From Chiloscyllium plagiosum (taxonomy: Eukaryota): a stretch of DNA of 64,000 nucleotides. The stretch's first letter is position 1; the number at the start of each line of letters is the position of its first letter. The notes beneath the pieces were generated by a model. That model worked only from the letters and a program-made list of their open reading frames with translations, was not told where the DNA came from and searched no databases. Both the position numbers and the translations under genes were made by a program. Of the stretch, positions 24,406 through 36,801 are shown one piece after another. Location: positions 9,029,306 through 9,093,305 of the forward strand of contig NC_057755.1 in NCBI RefSeq assembly GCF_004010195.1, read 5' to 3'.

Positions 24406-26429
24406 CATTAAAGACTTAGAATATTTCACAATGACATCCCAAATATACTTCACTTGCACTTCGGTAACATTGTAAAATTGTGCACAGGACTCACCTCATC
24501 GGCAGTTCTATTGTCTAAATATCTGTCTGTAACAATACTGTAGTGCTGTTTATCCAATTTAACTTTCTAAACAAATTAAACTTCATCATTGACCACGCAA
24601 ACAAAATGCATTCACAAGACATTCCGGTCTAAGTCACCTTCCTCTTCCCTGATCACCTTATTGTCCACGGATTCCCTATTGCACTAGTTTGCTATTCATT
24701 CCCTTTCACAAGGAATATTTTCAAAAAAAGGTCACGCAGAGTAGTCTGAATGAGTTTTTCTTTCACAGCTTTTAATATTTAGCTAGAAAAGGGACAATGA
24801 TGGATCTTCCTTGACCTGAAGGTTCCTAGAGTTGTAACGTTTGTTCAGAGTGTCACAATCATTGATCCATCGAGGTGAGAACCTAGAGGAGAGAGGATGT
24901 GCTGGCGTACTGGTATACTGGTAACATCCGGGACAATATACCTATAGGTATATGTTTACATCTTACTGTTGCAGATGTTGAAATTCTTTTTTGATGAAAT
25001 TCAGCTGCATCCTTTCCGGGAGTTAATGAACTCCGACATCAGGTAATTTCTTGTCTACCCTGAAAACCACTTGTCCAGACAAACTCAATTTCCAACTGCA
25101 ATTTATATAATCGGACCAGGATTTACTTTCCATTCATCTCAATTACCAACCCACCTTGGATTCCATTGAACTCCTTGGAATGAAAACTAATCATTCTCAG
25201 GAAAATTTATTTGAGCACCTTGTGACCACACCGCTCAAGGCCTGAATGGTGACAATTATGAAGTGCTTGGACATGATAGGTTGACACGTTCTCCTTTGTG
25301 GAAGTTTAAGTTAAAAGGATAGATATTCAAAAGTGAAACTCAGTAGTTTAGTGATGATATAACAAAAAAAATATCATCCATAGGCGGGGTGGGGTCGGCA
25401 ATGTTCCTCCTCAGACGGGGGGTGGGGGGGGGGCGTTTTGGGGGGGTGAGATGAGAAACCTCACAACCTTTCGAAATTACTTGGATGTGCAGGTGTAGTG
25501 CAATAACATGCAAGACTACGGCTAGGTATATGAAATTGGAAAGGTTTAGTTAGTTGTGTATTTTTTCCCTGGTTTAGTACTGATGTAACAAAGAGCCTAT
25601 TCTGTGACATATGATTTCGTTAGCGCATAAGTGTTGTGAAAATACATTATCCTCATTTTAGTCTAATTCCCTCATGGATTTCTTCGACATTCACAGCTGT
25701 ATTTTATTCCAGTCCGTCAGTTGTAGATAAAAATCTAATGTCATCCGTGCATTTCCCTTTTGAGGTTTCTTTTTAGATGCATTCTTACAAGGTCCAAGTA
25801 AACTCATGGTTTCCCCACACACATTTCATCATACTCAATAACATGTCACAAACCAAACACTTTAGTTTTTAATTTTTGCTTCAGTATTTGTGCTTTCCTT
25901 TCTAAATTACGAGGAGAATTTGGGGTTGTCTATTCTTTACGGAGGATATTTACCTCCATTGCACTCCCAGTTTCTATCCTAACTGAATTGTAAAGGTGAT
26001 TGAAGAAAGCTTTAGCATTATGAATTAACTCTGAATCGTCTGACATTGTCGCTGCCTCTCATACACATGCAAATCTTTGGGCATAAACATGGAACTTTGG
26101 TTTTAGATGAATGAAAAGAGGAGGTTCCAAACCTGTGGCATATTATCCTGATTTATTTAGTCGTGGAAGGGGGACGTCCTGCTGGCCAGAATTTCTTTTC
26201 CATTCTTAGTTGCCATAGAGAAGTTGGTGATGAGCTGCCTCCCAAAAACACTGCAGTCTGGACCGTTAAGAGATTAACTCATCGCCTGTGTCCTCGAATA
26301 AACAACAGTGCAAGACACAAGCTCTGTGGCTATTTCTCAACGTTGAATAGGGATCATCAAACAGTTTTTCCAGCATTGTGAGCACCTATAACAGACTCTA
26401 ATGGGTACAACAGTTCCATTATTATTGCA

Positions 26430-27370
26430 TAACGTCCCGTGGAAGAGCAGAGATACAACTGCAATATTAGTTGTTGAAGTGGCTGATGATTATGAATTGG
26501 CCCATAGATCAATACTTGGCTTCCAACATCAATTTCAATCAGTGAAGGATAGAAAATGGGGAAAAGAGAAATCCTCACTTGGAAAGAGAATGGTAGATCT
26601 CGGTGAAGATCATATGCACGACTTACCACTGCATACAAAGGAAACACTTGTGGGAGAATGAGAAGTTTAAAATCTCGCGTGCTTTCACTTCAATAAAATA
26701 TGCCACATGAAATCGCAATGCTGCTGGATTAGTAAAAGCAATGGGAATCCAGATGTAAGAAAGTAAGGTAAGCCAGTGAACTTTCTTCTGGAGATGTAAC
26801 GGAAAGCAGAGTGGAGGTTAGAAAGCTGCACCAGACTGTACAAGCTGCTCGGAGATTGTTAATGAGGAAGTGCCAGATCTTCTTGAAACATAAACCTGCG
26901 AAGGTAGAGTTTGCTCACATCGGCCAGGAGCAGCAGATAAGGAGGTTAGAACATGAAGAGATATAGGATCCTCTCAAACTCTGGTGTTGCAAGACGAGGA
27001 GGTGTGTACTCCTGAAGAACTATTGCAAGAAAAGATAATTTAAGAAATGGGCAGAAGTTCTTCAAGTCGTATTGCTAGTGAGTTATAGAAAGGAGGTGTT
27101 ACATGAGGCAAACTTCGGGGGACATTCAGGCAGCTGAAATACAATAACACTTTTACTGGCTTGGAGTGCACAAGGATATCGATGAATTTTGCCAGATATG
27201 CTATGCATTTCAGGCAATTGGAAAATTACATTCAGTTTTGAAACCTGTGCCTGCAATACATATTCTTGCGTTTTATGATACTTTGATAAGACTCTTAAAT
27301 AAGTGAATTGATTAAATAAAACAAGAAGTCCGAATCAGTACTTGTTAACAATAAGCGTATCATAACAGGT
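26430..27370 (+). mobile_element. Gypsy (Gmr1-like) LTR retrotransposon fragments: gag and integrase zinc finger
   Basis: VEVADDYELAHRS (gag); HFYWLGVHKDIDEFCQIC (integrase N-terminus). Confidence 0.7.
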
Positions 27371-27437
27371 TTCAATAGCGGATGATGTCAAAGTGATCAA
27401 AATCGACTGCGATCCAAACTGATAAATCGATCACAAG

Positions 27438-27641
27438 ACCAAGGCAAGTAGAAATTAAATTTGCAAATATGGGCATAAGATGGAAAACAAAATGGAAAAT
27501 GATACATAAGAATGTTGCAAACTATGACATTAATGATTTTCACCAGTATGTTTGCTTTTGCCATAGCAAGTATGTAGACCGTGATAGATTTTAACAACCC
27601 ACAATTTTCTTGCAAAAGAATTACAAACGTAATTATCTTTG
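27438..27641 (-). pseudogene. GPR139-like pseudogene psi3, exon 2 5' fragment (TM1-TM3)
   Basis: IITFVILLQENCGLLKSITVYILAMAKANILVKIINVIVCNILMYHFPFCF...ICKFNFY; truncated. Confidence 0.85.
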
Positions 27642-27795
27642 CTCTGAACAGATACAGGAGAGGAATATTGATACAATATTATTATTCTTTCTGGAATGAG
27701 TACACAGAAATGAAACATCAGTTATAAGCCAAGAGACTATGCAGAGAAAAAAACAACATTTTGGTGATCCTGACTGCCTGTCATGGCTTAGTATG

Positions 27796-28130
27796 TACAG
27801 GGGAACCTGTATTATCTGAATACCAATTATCCGAAAGTCGGATTATCTGAAGGAGATCTAGAAGTCCCAACAGAAACGTTACATCAAAGACGTGTGTCCA
27901 ACACTGATCATGTCTTTTGTTTACAGTGATTAAAATTGCTGCCGAGAACAGTCCTGGATTGATGGTAGCATAAGAGCAGTCTCTAATTGATTGACCTCCC
28001 TCTCTCTCATCCTACACTTTCCCTGGAATTCTACACAAGCGTGTACCCTAACCCCCCCGCTCCCCTTCCCCATATAATCTCTAAACCATTGTCCTGTACA
28101 GGGCAAAAGTGGAACCTGTCAAAACGTTGC
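27796..28130. mobile_element. Possible pogo/Tigger-like DNA transposon left end
   Basis: TA-CAGGGGAACCTGTATTATCTGAA followed by repeated ATTATC(C/T)GAA motifs; matching right end not seen. Confidence 0.4.
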
Positions 28131-28402
28131 AGTAAAAAGTTGTGTGTGTGTGTTTCTGCACGTGTGTGTGCATGCAAGTGCTATTTGGACACTCAACCTA
28201 ACCAAAGACAGTAACAACAGCAGCAGTCTTGTTGTTAGTGTCCACTCCAGCTGCCCCAGAGACGGGATGGAGAATGACAGTTGTTGCACGGGGCTTGCCA
28301 GTGTGGGTGGGCGGGTGGCAGTGTTGGTATGACGGGGGCACAGGCAGTGGTGTTGGGGGCAGATGGGCAGCGGTGTTGTGGAAGAATGGGGGTAGTGTCG
28401 GG

Positions 28403-28720
28403 NNNNNNNNNNNNNNNNNNNNNNNNNNNNNNNNNNNNNNNNNNNNNNNNNNNNNNNNNNNNNNNNNNNNNNNNNNNNNNNNNNNNNNNNNNNNNNNNNN
28501 NNNNNNNNNNNNNNNNNNNNNNNNNNNNNNNNNNNNNNNNNNNNNNNNNNNNNNNNNNNNNNNNNNNNNNNNNNNNNNNNNNNNNNNNNNNNNNNNNNNN
28601 NNNNNNNNNNNNNNNNNNNNNNNNNNNNNNNNNNNNNNNNNNNNNNNNNNNNNNNNNNNNNNNNNNNNNNNNNNNNNNNNNNNNNNNNNNNNNNNNNNNN
28701 NNNNNNNNNNNNNNNNNNNN
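28403..28720. other. Assembly gap (318 N), flanked by G-rich low-complexity sequence
   Basis: Run of N; GGTGTTGGAC-type repeats at 28727-28897. Confidence 0.99.
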
Positions 28721-30307
28721 GCGGATCGGTGTTGGACAGTGATTGGGGTGGAGGGCTGGTGTTGGACGGATTTAGGGCGGGGTTTGGTGTTGGACGGGGT
28801 ATGGGGTCGTGCGGGGTTCGGTGTTTAATGAGGTTTGGAGTTGCCAGGGGTCGTTGTTGGAGACGGTTTGGGAGCAGGTGGGGAGCGGTGTTGGACAAAC
28901 TATTCTCATCCCATTTTCCAGTACAGCTACTTGGCCAAACCCTTTTTATGTGTTGAAATTGCAAAACCAGATGTAAATGGTTTTTAATTGTTATAAGGTT
29001 CATATGCTTACAGGTATTGAGTTCCAAATTCATATCACCCTCTGGATGAATTTTTTTTTCTACTCATTTCCTCCAAACCTTCTGCCTTACTGACATCTAC
29101 TTCCCATGGTTGCAGATACTTCTCACAAAGGGAAAAGTTTTCTTCCGATCTACCTGCCTATGCCTCTCGCAATTTTATACAATTCAATCATGCCCCCCTC
29201 CTAATCTTTTCTGTTGCAATACTATTGATATCAAAATAACCAATATCTCTTCATGAGCGACTTTGTCGAGCCCACGCAACATTCTATTAATCTGCTCCAG
29301 GTCTTTCTCCAGTGGAATCACGTTCCACTTTTTATGCGGATTCTAGAACTGCATACTATTTCAAACTTGCGAAGATAATTCGCCCATTTCATGCACAATT
29401 ATAGTTCACTGACATGAACATTTCACCCTAAATGTCCTTCCACAGTACCTCAAAACCATGATGACATCAGCAAGATTTCTACTACACTGAGATAAAGACA
29501 ATGTGGATAGACGCTTGAGGAGTGAATAGAGGAAACATCTGCCATTGAGATTTGGGCAACATTATAGCTTATCGAGTACAGTTTTGGCACCCCGAGTCCA
29601 TTCACACCAACTGAAAGGTAAAAAAAAATCAAATCGACTGATTAGGAAAACCGATGGTTGCAGGAACTGGATACGTTATTTCCTTTATCAGTAGATTCCT
29701 TGGCTATTCCACTTTTTCTGAAGAGAGGAAAGTGCTGTTTCAATTAAAAGCTAGTATTCACATTATATTGATAGAATTGCATGAGAATTTAATCAAATGT
29801 ACTAAATATACATTTGCCAATGTTGCCTATATGGGATTTTACCATATTGGAATAGTTAACTAGCAGTAGGTCAAAAACATTATATGTTGTTTTGCATTTC
29901 GATCCAGTGATAATGAAGGCAACTCTTATACATTTATTTTCTCTGCATTTTAAATGAAATGTAAAAATAAAATGTGTTTTGCTTCCAATTGAGCACTTTG
30001 CCCAATCAATTTACATATTAACACATATTTTCCACTTACATTTAAACGAAGAAAAAGTGAGGTTCTGGGCTCTCTTCATAATTTATTATGAGGAAACCTG
30101 GTCTCCTTTACAATATACAGAACCGTTTAGATATTAAGGTGAAATATCTTCATTCCCCAACAATGGCTAGGCCAATGAAATGTGGAATAACACAGACGTC
30201 ACAGTCTTGTTAAATGCAACAAGTGTGAGGAGCACTGATTGCTTTTTTTTCCCTCCACACACCATTCTCTGCTGAAATAATAGGCGAATCTCAGTATCAT
30301 GAAAAGC

Positions 30308-30720
30308 ATTACTGGGGATGGAGATGATCGGTCAGAGAGGAAGGTGGGGGAAGGTAGAAAAGGTGAATGGGGTGGGGATGGAGGTGACAGGTCAGGTGAC
30401 AGGACTTCTACAGTTTCTTCATTTCTCCTCCTCCACCTTACCTCAGTTACATCCTTCCAGGTCAGCACTTTCCTCATGACTTGACCTACCTGACAATCTC
30501 CTTTCCCACCTACCCACTCCACCCTCTTCTCTGACAAATCACCTCCATCCCCGCCCCATTCACCTATTGTGCTCTTTGCTACCTTCTCCCAAGTCCCACG
30601 CCTCCATTTATCTCTCCATCCTGGAGGCTCCCTGCCTCTATTCTTGATGACCTAAACGTCAATTTTCCTGCTCCTCGGATGCTGCCTGGCCTGTTGTGCT
30701 TTTCTAGCACCACTCTGATC
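30308..30720. mobile_element. PLE-terminus-derived element with internal inversion, truncating psi4
   Basis: Purine-rich arm mirrored by a pyrimidine-rich arm; ends ttcttgatga-cctaaacgtc...ggatgctgcctggcctg (hammerhead stem II deleted). Confidence 0.65.
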
Positions 30721-30721
30721 A

Positions 30722-31295
30722 AAACTCTTCATATTGGTGTCACATTCATTGCCCATTGTTTGACACCGAAACCCTCTCCGGATTTTACTGATCACTGGTA
30801 TGTGTCTGATTGTGAATGAATTAAAGAAGACAATTAAAATGAAAGGAATCCAAACTACACAGTGATTGTAAAACAGATGTACACAAATCCTACAATTGAG
30901 GAAAAGAATGCTACACTGGCACTTCCATTTCACATTGCTAATGACATGTTCGTATTCATGTGCAAAGAAAATGGGGTTAGCCTTGATACATATGAGAACA
31001 CAGCTCACAGTTATAGTTGTCGCTGAACTGTCGCCAATCGTCAAGGCGATCAACAGTAAAGGCAACTGTGAACCAGAATGATAAATCGAGCATAAAACAA
31101 AGCGTGTAAAAATTAAAGTTTCAAATATCTAAGACAGAAAAGCTATTGGAAAGTGACACATAAGAATGGTATAAGCTCCTACGTTATTGATTCAGATCTG
31201 TAGGTGTGCTGTTGCTATGGAAAGCATGTAGATGGAGATACATTTAGAGAGGTCACAGTTTCCTCACATAAGAGCGACTATTGTCATCCTGTTCT
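30722..31295 (-). pseudogene. GPR139-like pseudogene psi4, exon 2 (TM1-ICL3)
   Basis: Acceptor ttacag, then NRMTIVALM*GNCDLSKCISIYMLSIATA; LSFWFTVAFTVDR; VWIPFILIVFFNSFTIRHI; stops and deletions. Confidence 0.88.
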
Positions 31296-32287
31296 CTGTA
31301 AGAAAGGTAAAACTACGTTCAATCAAATTCTTCTACAATCACAAAAAAAATCATTTGTTGACCAAGTGTTGATACAGATGTAAATAATAAAACCTGGAAT
31401 GTCGTGACTGCATAACATTGCTTACTAATTTGCAACCACCCCTCACCCCAAATGGCATAAGTTTTGATGAGATTACATTCACGTTCCGTTCTCGAAAGTA
31501 TCAGGGAATGTTACTGAGTCAATGGGGACTACAGCAGAAAGAAAGGCATTTTGGTTAAAAATGGTTTAACCAGTCTTCACTGGTTAAAAAAAAAAAACCC
31601 TAACTACCTTAATTCAGTTTTCCAGCACTAGGTTCGCTGACGTTTATGCATTGGCATCACAAAGCACATCAAACTAATTCTAAGATTTTGAACGATTTCT
31701 GACACGAACACATTGCTGATACTGATTTCAGAATCCCAACTGCCTCGGAATTGTGACGAAGATTGGGCAGAACAGTAGTTCGGTGCTAACTTGCAATGAT
31801 CAATGAGAAGAATGAGCAGCGAAGTTGCACAAAGGATAAATGCACCTCTGAATGATTACGTTTTCAGAAGAAGTATGTAAGGAGTGTACCTGAACAGACT
31901 GAGTGGGATTTCGTGTGAATCGTTATTAAAATACAGTGGTGTCATCCCCAGAAAAATATGTGAAACAATTTTATACCTTCCATTTGTTTGTTCAACGTCT
32001 AGTTTCCACCAAACACTGGGGTAGAAAATTCCACATATTCAGGGCTTTTTGAGATAAGTAAATGCCCCCATAGCTGTTGTAATCTGCTGCCTCGCATCCC
32101 AAACCTATGACCCCTCATTCTCGATTGTCCCACATAAGAAAGCATCCTCTCTGCATCTATTATGTCAACCATCTTTAGCAGATTACAAACCTTAAATATG
32201 TGGTGACATCTTCAAAATTATCAGGTCAGTGAAATAACGAATTTGGGAATAAATGGTTCATGACAGAGTAGCGAAAACCCCCCAATC

Positions 32288-32930
32288 TGTTATTGACTAG
32301 GCCAGACGCCCTCAAAACATATCAACAAAGTAGCCTGAACGTTGACATTGTTCGTTACTTTAAGCATTTGTGGCGTCGATCTTCCAGGATTGGCCCACCC
32401 ACTTAGTTATAAACAAAACAGAATTTATTTTCAAGATTGCCGATTGAAACACAAACAAAAGAGATCATAATACAGAAGAACTTAATCCATCTGAAAACCC
32501 AACAGATCATCCCAACTCAATGATGCTATTCCAAATTCCTGCAACAATCCCGAATAACATCCTTTAGCAAAAAATGCAAAACCAAACGCAGGATCTGATA
32601 GGAGAAAGCAAGATGGTAGAGAGATTCAGCACGGAATACCTGCTTCCATGCAGCTGTTTCTTGGTCCAGCAGCCTCAAAGCAAAACTGCTTACTAAAACC
32701 AAAGCAAAGCAGAGTGAGCTGAGCTGGGGGAACTGGCTAATTCCCTTCTAATTTTTCCAGTTTTTTTTTTAAAAGTCAAAAGCCTTTTGCCTGAGGTAGT
32801 GTCTGTTAGGTGCATTCAATCTGTCCCTAAAACCCATATAAGCCGGACCTTTCAGAATCGCTGTTTTTACGACCTCTCTCAACAAAACTCCAAGGAGAGC
32901 ATAACCTTGATAAAAGATCAGCATTATCAT
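32288..32930 (-). repeat. LTR of Gmr1-like Gypsy element (left)
   Basis: Starts TGTTA and is diverged but collinear with 36166-36801. Confidence 0.7.
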
Positions 32931-35900
32931 AATTGTCCATCGCATTCATAAACGCAAAACAGCAATGAACAATAATATTGCTGTGCTTCTGGAATTACAC
33001 CGAGGTGAAACCAGATAAGCTTGGCATTTTTGTTTCCGCAGAAGATTAGTTTGGATTAGTTTGTAACATTGGATAGTGCTCACAATTCTATGGGTCATAA
33101 TCCAGGAACTCCCTCCTTACTGCATTGTGGGTCAGCAATTGGAATGCTCTGGTTCAAGAAGGCATATCGTCATTAGCTTGTCAAGGGAAACTAAAGACAG
33201 GCAATGAAAGGGAGGCCAGCCTGCAATGACCATAGATAAATAAAATTCTCCCATGTTTTTTCCTTTCTGACTTTGTCAAAATATAACTTCAGCTTCTGCG
33301 AGAAGAAGATGTCAACGTTTGTTCCCAGATATATTATGCTGCTGTGCTGCATTACCAATTTATAAAATTACCAGTACAACAGCAATCCTCTCTTCTCTCG
33401 GTTGTGATCCTAATGATTCAATTATTCTGACATCTGACACAGATCTCTGATCGCAAAAAGCACAAACCGAATTCCAATTAAGACCCTTATAAAAGGTTCC
33501 TCAACTGCAGGAACAGATATTAAAGTAATGGTTTTATCACTGCCTGTGGCTTTCAATTACCTGACATGTGTGACATGTCTACCAAAATTCAACTGCATCC
33601 ACGTGCAATACAATCCAGTACAATTTTTTTTAGCTTGAGTTTTTCTCCATTCAAATTCACATCCTAATTGTTTTTAATCAGTGTCTCGAAACGCCTCCTT
33701 TCTATAAACCAATGGCAATACGACTTGATGAATTTCTACCTGTTTCTCATCTGTCTGAATACGTGATGGGCTCCATTTCCTCAATCAGACATTTTTTTTT
33801 GAAGATAATGTCATTCACGGATACATTCGGATTAATTTTGTGTGAAGATTGTTTTGTGAAGATAATATCATTCAGAGATATTTTCAGATTAATTTTGTGT
33901 ATGCCTTTTATTTTCAAACAATTGTTTTAAAAGTTCATTTTTATGCTGTACTCAGTTAATTTACCTGACCTAAAGATGACTGTTGTGTCATCTATATGCA
34001 CCTTGTTTTGTATCAACATTCTCAGCAAACCGGGTCTCTGCTAATTCCACTTCAACTTTCTTATCTGTACTCATTGATGCTTTCTATTTCGACTGGTGAC
34101 TTTGTGACCTCGTTAACACACAGTCCAGAGAAAAAAAAATACAATCCCAGGATATGTGTACTGCAATCGTTCAATTGCCTGAGTTTGCATTGTCTTTTCT
34201 AACACTGCAGGCAGCACTCTCATCTGTAAACCAGCGATATCATTAGAAAGGATAAGTTGCATTTCTGGAGTTGAGAGTTTGACCACAAACTCTCTACACT
34301 TTACTGGAGACTGCAACCTCACTTTACTTAGTTCAGCGCTTATTGTCCCACCGTGAATTTTCGTAACTCGCACCTTTCCTGGCTATAGTCCTTCATAAGT
34401 GCACATTTGCCCATCTTTTAACTTCATGGATTGAGAGGATCCTCTGTCTCTTAATATTATAGCTTCTTTACCTGCTACTCCTGGTCTATGCAAATAATTT
34501 TTTTTCTCTAGCAGTGCTAGACACCCGGGTTAATTCCCGCCTCAGGCGACTGACTGTGTGGAGTTTGCACATTCTCCCCGTGTCTGTAGGTTTTCTCCTA
34601 CAGTCCAAAGATGTGTAGGTCAGGTGAATTGGCCATGCTAAATTGCCCGTAGCGTTAGGTAAGGGGTAAATGTAGGGGTGGGTTGTGCTTCGGCGGGGCG
34701 GTGTGTACTTGTTGAGCCGAAGTAATCTAATCTAATCTTTGTAGGTATATGGTTTAAGAAGATCTGATTCTTCCTTCTTAACCAACCTCCAACCAGTTTG
34801 TACGTTCTTATGCAGCTTTCTAGCCTCCACTGTGTTTGCTATTACCACGACAAATAAAAATCAGTGTCTTATCCTTTTTACCTACATCTCGTTTCCCAGT
34901 GCTTTCATTTGGACTACTTCATTGCAGTGAAAAGATCGGAGCTTTTCACCATCTCGTTCCCCTCGAAGGGTTGCTTTCTCTACATATGTAACTCATCTTT
35001 CAGACCTTCACAGAGATTTATCTTTCCCTTTCCACATTAGGATTTCTCTTTTTTCCCGATTCTTATCTCTCACGTAATGAAATTGGTTTTGAAAGCCAAA
35101 CTTTAATTTATGGGCCATTTAATAATCATCAGCCAATTCAGCTGCTAATCCTGCTGTTCGAAATCTCTGCTCTTCCACACGAGTTCTCAATACTTCCAGA
35201 AGCAAATGTTTGAACTCCTGCAAAGTAATCTTCTATCGAAGAGCATCATAAGATTGGACTATTTTGAATGCCGTATCGTCTTTTCAAACACAATGTAGGT
35301 TTGACCAGGCTCCCTCCTTAGATTGCTGAAGAGTTGTTTTTAGGGTTCGAGCGCAAGATTATATTCACTTAAAATGGTTTTCTTCACCTCTTCATACTCC
35401 TTTGATACCTCCTCCGACAATTGTGCGACTACCTCACTAGCGCCACCTACAAAGTCTGTTTGAATCATTAACAGCAACGTGGTCATTGCTCACCTTTTCA
35501 AATGAGATGAACTAGAGTTCCACATACTTCTCATCAAAATTAGGCAATGTTTGAATCTAATTTAAAAAGTTATCAAATGATGTTTGGCTACCATGGGTTT
35601 GGTCATCCTCAATTTATTCCTCGCTGAGCATCCCTTTAGACTTCACCTTCATCCTTTTAAACTGACTATCCTGTCTTACTGCCAATTCGTGAAGTTCAAA
35701 CTCCCTCTATTTTTCCCAATCTTCTCTGTCCTGTTCTATCCCATCTCGCTCTATCTTTATCTCTTCTCCTTTTGACTCTTTTTTTCATGCCTCTAACTTG
35801 AACTGTTTCAGTTGAAATTTATCATTCTCTCATAATTTTGATAGCATTTCTACAAAACTCAAATGCTGAGATATTGCTATAATCACATCTTCTCTTCCAA

Positions 35901-36165
35901 CAGAAAGACACAGCTCCAACTCCAGTTTGTCTACTACTTCCACCGTTTGGCCTTAATTAGCTATGTAAAACATCCAAAGACACTTCTTCCACCATCAGAA
36001 ACCTTATAGTGACTGAAAGGTACATTTCTGCCCCATGTGCTGTTGTAACCAATCAATATCTCCACCCAGAACAAAGACACTAGCACCTGGCACTCGCTGT
36101 CTTCTCGTCCAACAACCTTAATCCCAGATTGGAACTGCAGAACAAATACTGAAAAACGTCCATTC
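32931..36165 (-). mobile_element. Gmr1-like internal region, copy 1 (gag with SCAN-like domain, protease, integrase pieces)
   Basis: YEEVKKTILSEYNL..LFSNLRREPGQTY..AAELADDY (35110-35400); LILSNDIAG (~34240); FGRHVTHVR/PFIRVLI (~33480-33600). Confidence 0.7.
34515..34738 (+). mobile_element. HE1/V-SINE-type SINE, 5'-truncated
   Basis: cccgggttaattcccgcctcaggcgactgactgtgtggagtttgcac...taatctaatctaatc. Confidence 0.8.
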
Positions 36166-36801
36166 TGTTATGATCCAGGCCAGACCCCATCAAAACATTA
36201 CAAGAAAGTAATTTGGATCCTAAATTTGCTCGTTGTTTTAAGCAGATGTAACGCGGATATTCTAGGAGGAATCCATTTGGTGAACACATATAGCTTAAAA
36301 GAAGAAATGCTTTATTTACAAGATTACCGAATGAAACACAAACAAATGCAAACAGAATACTGAATAACTTATGTTTTCCGAAAAAAGCAACAGATATTTG
36401 TAAATAAATAATGCTATTCAAAATATTTGTGTTAATCATCTTCAAAAACCCATGGAACAAAAGGAAAAACCAAGCACAGGATCTCACAGCAGAGATAGAA
36501 GAGAGAGATGAGGTTCAAGATGGACCTGCTTCTTTGGATCCAGATGCTTTTACACTAATTCTGAAAACCAAAACAAACCAAAGAAAAGTGAGCTGAGAAA
36601 ATTGACCACGCCACTTTCACTTGTTCATTTTTTTTCTCAAAGTCTTGAAATGCTTTTGTCTGACACGGTATCTGTTTGCTATTATCAAACTGGCAATAAA
36701 ACGCTTCAACCTAGACTTTTCAGAGTCTGTGTCTTTTACGACATCTCTGAAAAAAGAACGCAAGGACAACATAAATGTGTAGAAGGAGCAGCATCGTCAC
36801 A
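36166..36801 (-). repeat. LTR of Gmr1-like Gypsy element (middle, shared)
   Basis: TG...CA termini (TGTTATG...CGTCACA); purine tract GATGGAAGA adjoins it on the minus strand. Confidence 0.75.

Noticed and set aside
28119..29033. Long ORFs (304, 199 and 153 aa)
   Set aside because: They run through the N gap and low-complexity G-rich flanks.
29575..29632. IFFYLSVGVNGLGVP as a possible exon 1 for psi3
   Set aside because: No GT donor after the proline codon, no ATG at the 70-nt spacing, and weak similarity.
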